A DNA stretch of 64,000 nt from Candidatus Obscuribacterales bacterium. Lineage in GTDB: Bacteria > Cyanobacteriota > Vampirovibrionia > Obscuribacterales > Obscuribacteraceae. The position numbers were made by a program, and so were the translations under genes. The stretch covers positions 1,056,001 through 1,120,000 of the forward strand of contig CBDDIJ010000003.1 in the NCBI GenBank assembly GCA_965228855.1, in the 5' to 3' direction. Below the pieces are notes generated by a model. The model saw only the letters and a list, made by a program, of their open reading frames with translations, was not told the origin of the DNA and searched no databases. Of this stretch, positions 59,101 through 64,000 are shown one piece after another. Numbering within the stretch: position 1 is the stretch's first letter; each line of letters opens with the position of its first letter.

Positions 59101-62100
59101 TGATGGTCGCGATTTGAGTTTGACCGCACCTCGTCCAGCCGGTCAGATGCTGGCTCTCGAGCGAGCCTACGCCGATGCAGGCGTCTCGCCCTCCACTGTC
59201 AGCCTGGTCGAAGCACATGGTACGGGCACCGTCGCTGGTGACAAGGCCGAAGTCGAGGCGCTCACGAAGGTCTTCCAAAAGGCTGGTGCTGAGCCGGAAA
59301 GCTGCGCGATCGGCTCTGTAAAAACAAATATTGGTCATACGAAAGCGACCGCCGGTTTAGCGTCGTTAGTCAAAGTTGCCAAAGCACTTCATCACAAAGT
59401 GTTGCCACCCAGCATCAATGTAAAGAAACCAAGTCCGGCATGCAAATTTGGTGAGGGACCATTCTATCTGAGTTCCGAAACTCGTCCCTGGATTCAGCGC
59501 GACCCCGCCACTCCGCGCCGCGCGGGCGTAAGCGCGTTCGGATTCGGCGGCACGAATTTCCACACAGTATTAGAGGAATACGTCGCGCCCTGCAGAGAAG
59601 AAGAGCGTCCGGCTATCGAAGCGTGGCCTTCTGAATTATTCGTCTGGAAAGCGGCGTCTCAAGACGACGTTCTAAAGTCAATCAAAATTACCGAGGCGGC
59701 AGTTGAAAAATTGCTGGCCAGTGAAACGCCCGAAACCACGGCAACGAGCGTGGAGAGCCGGCGCCTATTCGAGCTGGCGAGCAAGCTTCAACTTAAGCTC
59801 AACGACATTCCCGACGCCCATAACGCAGTCGCGATTGTCGCATCCTCTTTGTCAGATTTGAAAGACAAGATTGGCATCGTGAAGGAAAAACTGCAAAACG
59901 CCAATGCCGCAAACTTCAGTATGCCGCTGGGAATCCACTATTCATCAGGCTTGTCATCCGATGCTAAAGTTGCCTTCCTCTTTCCTGGACAAGGCTCTCA
60001 GCGTGTCGAGATGCTCAAGGGTCTGTCGCTCTACTTCCCTGAACTCAGACAGACAATAGAAGAAGCGGATGGCGTTTTGCGACCGAAGTTGCAAGATGCC
60101 CTCTCCAAGTACATTTATCCGTTGCCAACATTGAGCGAGACCGAGCAAGCGGCTCAGCACAATCGCCTTACCGCCACTCAGATCGCACAACCAGCCCTCG
60201 GCGCCTGTGATCTTGCATTATTGCGTTTGCTCAAAACGTTCGGTTTGAAACCTGATATGGTCGCCGGTCACAGTTACGGCGAGTACGTCGCCCTGCATGC
60301 AGCCGGCGTTTTTACCGAAAACGTTCTCTTCAACCTCTCCGCCGATCGGGGTCGCATTGTTGCAGAATGCGCTTCATCCAGACCTGGAGCGATGGCCGCA
60401 GTTTCTTCAGATCAGGAAACAGTTGAGACTGCAATCAAGCAAATAAAAGACGTTTATGTAGCGAACATCAATACGCCTTCCCAGATCATCATATCCGGTT
60501 CGGAAGCAGCGATCGAAACTGCACTGGATAAACTCAAGAAACAAAATGTCTCTGGTAAGCGCATTCCCGTATCTGCAGCGTTTCACAGTCCACTCCTTCA
60601 AGACTCGAAAGAGCCTTTGTTGAAAGCACTCAAACAATATGATTATGCGGCGCCTGTTTTACCTGTTTACTCGAACACGACAGGTAAACCTTATGGCTCC
60701 GCGGGAGCTGAGATTGTCGTGCAACTCAGCGAGCACGCTCTGAAACCAGTGCTGTTCGCGCAGCAGCTTCAGGCGATGTATGAAGATGGAGCCCGTATTT
60801 TTGTTGAGGTAGGTCCGGGCGCAGTTCTCACAGGACTGACCGAAGCTACTCTGGCGGGCAAGGATGTTCTGGCAATTTCAACAGAGCGAGCTAAAAACTC
60901 GCTTGAACACTTCCTGAGTGTAGTTGGATTGCTCACCGTCAGTGGTGCCATCACTGATGTCGGTAAGTTATTCTGGAATCGCATGTCCGGTGTTCACGGC
61001 AGCTCATACGACCTCGCGGTCGCAAAGACTCGGAGTCCGCTGCTGTATAGGGTCAACAGCGTCAAAATTGAACGCGTTGAGAAAAAAGGAAGCACGGTAA
61101 ATAGCAGGGGTACAGGTAAGCAAATGGCTCAGGATGTTCGCAATGGCGACGGCACTGCCAGAAAGGAAATCGCCAAAGACAAGATTGTTCGTGACGAACG
61201 TTCATTACCGTCAAGCGCGCAAAGCGGCTTGAACGGCAACGGAAATGGAAATGGTCATGGCAATGGAAACGGTAAGTCGGTGGCTGTGCCCGTTCAACAG
61301 CCGGTTGCCGCGCAAGTTGCAGGTCAACCTGGTCAAGCGCCTCAACAGCAGCAGTACGCGCCGCCTTTTAACCAACTGGCTCAGCAACCGATGGGTCGCG
61401 GCATGCAACCACCGTCGCCTGTGGGATATCAACCCCAATACGCACAAATTCAGGGGCAGGTTCCGTCGGGACAGAACTATGCTCAGCCAAACCAGCAGCT
61501 CGCTCGGCGTGGTGCAGACCCTCGCAGTTCGAGCGCCGAACGAGTTCTCCTTGAATTCCAGCAAAGCATGATGGATATGACCAACAAGTTTCTCGAGACT
61601 CAGGAGCGCGTCATGCTCGCGTATCTGAGCGGTGGAGCGTCGCAGCAGTATCAGCAACCGGCACAATACGCCAATCAGTACCCGCAGTCCGCTGCAAACG
61701 TGCCGCAAGTCGGCCAGCCGGCGCACCAGCAAGATTTGAGCCAACAGCAGCACTTCCAAGCTCAATATGCGCAGCCGCAGATTCAGTCTTATGATTACGG
61801 TCAATATGGCCAGCAATTGCCACAGCAGCAATTGCTTGAACATCTGCACCAGCAGGCTGCTGCTGCTGCTCAAGAACCTATTGGGCAGAGTGACACTAAA
61901 TCTGGTGCTGACCTGGGGATGCTTCAGGAGTCGCAACCGGTGGTTGGAGGAGTTCAGGAAGTCGTCGCCGAGGCAATAGTAAATTCCGACAGTGCGGACT
62001 CCGGAGCTTCAGGGATGAACGCCGAAGCGCTTATCGACAGCCTCTACGAGATTGTGAGTGAGCGCACAGGTTATCCGAGATCCATGTTAGATCCAACACT

Positions 62101-64000
62101 TGACCTTGAGGCGGATCTTGGGATTGACTCGATTAAACGCGTTGAAATTTTAAACAACTTCCGGAAGTTGCTCCCTGAGTTCAGTCAGGAGAAGCTGGAG
62201 AGTGGCATCGAGAAACTGGCCGGCACAAAGACTCTGGAAGGCATCATCGAGTGGATTCGATCCCTGGATGATGACACCGCAGGCGATGCAAGTTTCGCCC
62301 CTGAGGCGATAGAAGTTGGCAACGCCGAACGCGTGATGCGCGCCATCGTGCAGGTCAAAGAGCTTGCCGCACCTGCGGAAAAGACGAGCAAAACACTAGC
62401 TCCAACTGCTCTGATCGTGTCCGATCACAAGCAGTATACGGCAGCTTTAGAGAAGTCTTTGAAAGGGAACGGGCAGAAGGTCATTACTGTCTCGCCAAGT
62501 ACCTTTAAGGGCGAGGCCATTTCAAACGTTGTCGAAGGTCTTCGCTCCAAGCACGGTGCCATCGGCTCCGTCATCTATTTGAGCCCGGCGAATGTGGAAA
62601 ATGGCGTCGAGTTTGAGGCGGTCAGCAATTACTTTCAGCTCGTCAAAGAATGCGAGTCTGATCTTCGTGAACAGAGCGCAAACGGAATGCGTTCGTCCGT
62701 GATCTGTGTCACCTTCATGGGTGGAGCGTTCAATACCGAATCCCCAGTGAAGAATATCAACCGAGATAGCCTCGTTCAACAGGCTGGCGCAGTCGGTCTG
62801 ACCAAAACGGTTGGAAAAGAATTCGACGGCGTTCATGTCAAAGCAATCGATTTTGAATCCGATGTTGACGCGCAAAAACTAGCTACTGCTGTACTCTCTG
62901 AAATTGGTGTGGATGACGAAATCGTCGAGGTTGGATACAGAGGCGGGCAGCGTATCGGTTTAGATGTCGTTGAAGCCCCGTATGCGCACTCGAACCATGA
63001 CGTGGCGGCACTCACGTCATCATCGGTGGTGCTCGTCACTGGTGGCGCGCGTGGTATCACGGCCGAGATCACCCTGGATCTTGCTAAGCGGTATCAGCCC
63101 AATTTCATAATCGTCGGAAGATTGCCGCGTCCCGTAGATAATGAATCTGCAGTGACTGCCGGTCTAGAAACTCAAAAGGACATCAAAGCGGCTATCATTG
63201 CCGACATGCAGGCGAATGGAAAGATTATCAACGTCCGCGACGTGGAGAAGACCTATCAGCAACTGCTTCGAGAGCGCGAAGTTCGAACAACTCTTGCGAA
63301 GTTGCAAGCAGCCGGCGCCACCGTTCGATATTATTCGGTCGATGTGAACGACGACGATGCATTCGGCAGGCTAATCGATTCGGTTTATGAAACCTCGAAC
63401 ATCGATGTTGTGATTCATGGTGCCGGCATCATCGAAGACGCGCTAATAAAGGACAAAACTGTTGAGTCATTCCGCCGCGTCTTCAATACAAAGGTGAAGG
63501 GCGCTTTGACACTTGCTCGCAAACTGCGGTTCGATACCTTGCAATCGCTGTTCTTCTTCTCCTCGGTGGTAGGGCGCACCGGCAATTCCGGCCAAGCCGA
63601 TTATGTCTCCGCTAATGAGGCGCTTAGCAAGCTGGCTCTTCAGATCAGTCTGAGCACAGAAGCCCGGGTCGCGTCACTCATGTGGGGACCCTGGCAAGCG
63701 GGAATGGCACCGCCCGAATTGGAAGAAGTATTTGCCAGTCACGGTTGGTCGATGATTCAACCGGCCGATGGTCGCGCCTGCTTTTTTGAAGAGTTGAACC
63801 GGGCAGAAAAACAAGAAGTAGAGGTTTTGCTCGTGGGCAAACTGAAGAGCGCACACGACAACGGGTCGGCAAGTGCAGAAGTAGAGGCGTCCGCAAGCAA
63901 ATCCTCGGTTTCAAAACAACCGACCGCCGACAAGATCGCGGACTCTAATGGAAAGGGTTCAGCATCAGCTGGACCTTCGAATCTAACCGTCACACCATCC
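56171..64000 (+). CDS. Iterative type I PKS/FAS, Pfa/Hgl/Ars-like: ER-ER-KS-AT-ACP-KR (3'-truncated by window edge; absent from ORF track)
   Basis: GGAG at 56161, GTG at 56171; every segment I translated lies in the same frame and the track shows no stop-terminated ORF in it. Two FabK/nitronate-monooxygenase-like barrels (KGHEGAGRVG, ACGGIG; VVQGAMTRVS, EGKECGGHVG, FAGGIHD), KS (DAACASSL ~58802, EAHGTGT, NIGHTK), AT (FPGQGSQ, GHSYG ~60266, AFHS), ACP (LEADLGIDSIKRVEI ~62105), KR (TGGARGIT ~63040, GQADY). Confidence 0.95.
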   Translation, partial: MSALGFIVVSPAGPRRAYAKPAIAIAAARAGAVGVLDLEFVKEGPALDKALEQLTLNVIQNSDGSIGVRCRSGKLPASVLNLKSANAPLMVLTAGIGAFETKTLERDVKETKSKGFQVFVEVVSIEEALLAQNAGANGIIAKGHEGAGRVGDTTTFVLIQQCARAIDLPVYACGGIGAHTAAAVVAAGAAGVVLDSQTYLCRDSAIPADVQLRFERLDGSETSLLRDSSCNAIRLMATNGSARLHRLEQAFAEGRIADAEAILEDAVDATDDEIFVVGQDSCFARNLAISGGTVAGCIDLIDRNVAEHIAVAARSNVLSENSELAKSHGTKYPVVQGAMTRVSDTSEFALNVAQAGGLPFLALSLMRGPEIEKLLSETKNKLGGLPWGVGVLGFVPQQLRQEQMEVVNRFTPPFALIAGGRPDQAKALDDAGTKTYLHVPSPLLLKSFIEMGSTRFIFEGKECGGHVGPRSSFVLWESMIEVLLESIGPKSNPANIHVLFAGGIHDDLSAAMVATMAAPLTARGIKIGVLVGTAYLFTEEAVTSGAIVDVFQQAAVKCDKTVLLETGPGHSIRCIDSPYREAFDRSRVELQKQNKSRDEIREELELMNLGRLRIASKGVTRGSGNELEAIPVETQWRDGMYMIGQIASMRDKVVTMSDLHSNICTDGQNRLAELQYRSAMQALSDEQQSEGIAIVGMSCMLPQGNDVETYWQNILNKVDAIDVIPESHFKWQNFYDKDPLARDRIVSKWGGFISDVVFDPTPYGIPPSSLDSIDPMQVLVLESARSALYDAGYSDRKFPREKTSVILANAGHGPITALYSLRSMLGWKLADLAPEIQEEIKASVPEWTEDSFAGYLGNVTAGRVANRLDLKGLNFSIDAACASSLAALYVSIADLRSGTSDVVLLGATDTHNQPGDYLSFSKTHALSPKGRCQTFDADADGIVISEGFAMIVLKRLSDAERDGDRIYAVIRGIGGSSDGRDLSLTAPRPAGQMLALERAYADAGVSPSTVSLVEAHGTGTVAGDKAEVEALTKVFQKAGAEPESCAIGSVKTNIGHTKATAGLASLVKVAKALHHKVLPPSINVKKPSPACKFGEGPFYLSSETRPWIQRDPATPRRAGVSAFGFGGTNFHTVLEEYVAPCREEERPAIEAWPSELFVWKAASQDDVLKSIKITEAAVEKLLASETPETTATSVESRRLFELASKLQLKLNDIPDAHNAVAIVASSLSDLKDKIGIVKEKLQNANAANFSMPLGIHYSSGLSSDAKVAFLFPGQGSQRVEMLKGLSLYFPELRQTIEEADGVLRPKLQDALSKYIYPLPTLSETEQAAQHNRLTATQIAQPALGACDLALLRLLKTFGLKPDMVAGHSYGEYVALHAAGVFTENVLFNLSADRGRIVAECASSRPGAMAAVSSDQETVETAIKQIKDVYVANINTPSQIIISGSEAAIETALDKLKKQNVSGKRIPVSAAFHSPLLQDSKEPLLKALKQYDYAAPVLPVYSNTTGKPYGSAGAEIVVQLSEHALKPVLFAQQLQAMYEDGARIFVEVGPGAVLTGLTEATLAGKDVLAISTERAKNSLEHFLSVVGLLTVSGAITDVGKLFWNRMSGVHGSSYDLAVAKTRSPLLYRVNSVKIERVEKKGSTVNSRGTGKQMAQDVRNGDGTARKEIAKDKIVRDERSLPSSAQSGLNGNGNGNGHGNGNGKSVAVPVQQPVAAQVAGQPGQAPQQQQYAPPFNQLAQQPMGRGMQPPSPVGYQPQYAQIQGQVPSGQNYAQPNQQLARRGADPRSSSAERVLLEFQQSMMDMTNKFLETQERVMLAYLSGGASQQYQQPAQYANQYPQSAANVPQVGQPAHQQDLSQQQHFQAQYAQPQIQSYDYGQYGQQLPQQQLLEHLHQQAAAAAQEPIGQSDTKSGADLGMLQESQPVVGGVQEVVAEAIVNSDSADSGASGMNAEALIDSLYEIVSERTGYPRSMLDPTLDLEADLGIDSIKRVEILNNFRKLLPEFSQEKLESGIEKLAGTKTLEGIIEWIRSLDDDTAGDASFAPEAIEVGNAERVMRAIVQVKELAAPAEKTSKTLAPTALIVSDHKQYTAALEKSLKGNGQKVITVSPSTFKGEAISNVVEGLRSKHGAIGSVIYLSPANVENGVEFEAVSNYFQLVKECESDLREQSANGMRSSVICVTFMGGAFNTESPVKNINRDSLVQQAGAVGLTKTVGKEFDGVHVKAIDFESDVDAQKLATAVLSEIGVDDEIVEVGYRGGQRIGLDVVEAPYAHSNHDVAALTSSSVVLVTGGARGITAEITLDLAKRYQPNFIIVGRLPRPVDNESAVTAGLETQKDIKAAIIADMQANGKIINVRDVEKTYQQLLREREVRTTLAKLQAAGATVRYYSVDVNDDDAFGRLIDSVYETSNIDVVIHGAGIIEDALIKDKTVESFRRVFNTKVKGALTLARKLRFDTLQSLFFFSSVVGRTGNSGQADYVSANEALSKLALQISLSTEARVASLMWGPWQAGMAPPELEEVFASHGWSMIQPADGRACFFEELNRAEKQEVEVLLVGKLKSAHDNGSASAEVEASASKSSVSKQPTADKIADSNGKGSASAGPSNLTVTPS

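Noticed and set aside
55951..63993. Many short ORFs listed in the track
   Set aside because: They are shadows or alternate frames of the single long PKS ORF.

Overview
Gene-dense bacterial chromosome window with no rRNA, tRNA, CRISPR array, transposase or phage genes that I could recognise. Gene style (cyanobacterial-type CtpA and CC-adding enzyme, zinc-ribbon kinase, TPR-CHAT, FHA-like exoprotein, no photosynthesis genes) suggests a non-photosynthetic cyanobacterial relative (Vampirovibrionia/Melainabacteria, Obscuribacterales-like); this is inference only. Main blocks: (1) TldD/PmbA fragment, then a zinc-ribbon protein / Ser-Thr kinase / TPR-CHAT protease trio (1-6.8 kb); (2) housekeeping genes with structured intergenic DNA (6.8-15.2 kb); (3) a minus-strand complex III + IV operon (heme O synthase, A1-type caa3-like oxidase II-I-III, CtaG, small subunit, Rieske, and an unusual cytochrome b-cytochrome c-DUF4142 fusion) preceded by epimerase, SPW/VKOR and HAD-GH65 genes (15.5-29.6 kb); (4) a CC-adding-type tRNA nucleotidyltransferase, then a 1035-aa FHA-like gene bracketed by a directly repeated non-coding element, then an atypical response regulator and an Hpt protein (29.7-37.5 kb); (5) assorted metabolic/envelope genes; (6) a probable glycolipid-type cluster (four glycosyltransferases, SGNH-like protein, GH3, MFS with a likely ATT start) beside a >2600-aa ER-ER-KS-AT-ACP-KR iterative PKS/FAS that starts at 56171, runs off the window and is missing from the ORF track. 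All product calls are from motif recognition by eye, not database searches.
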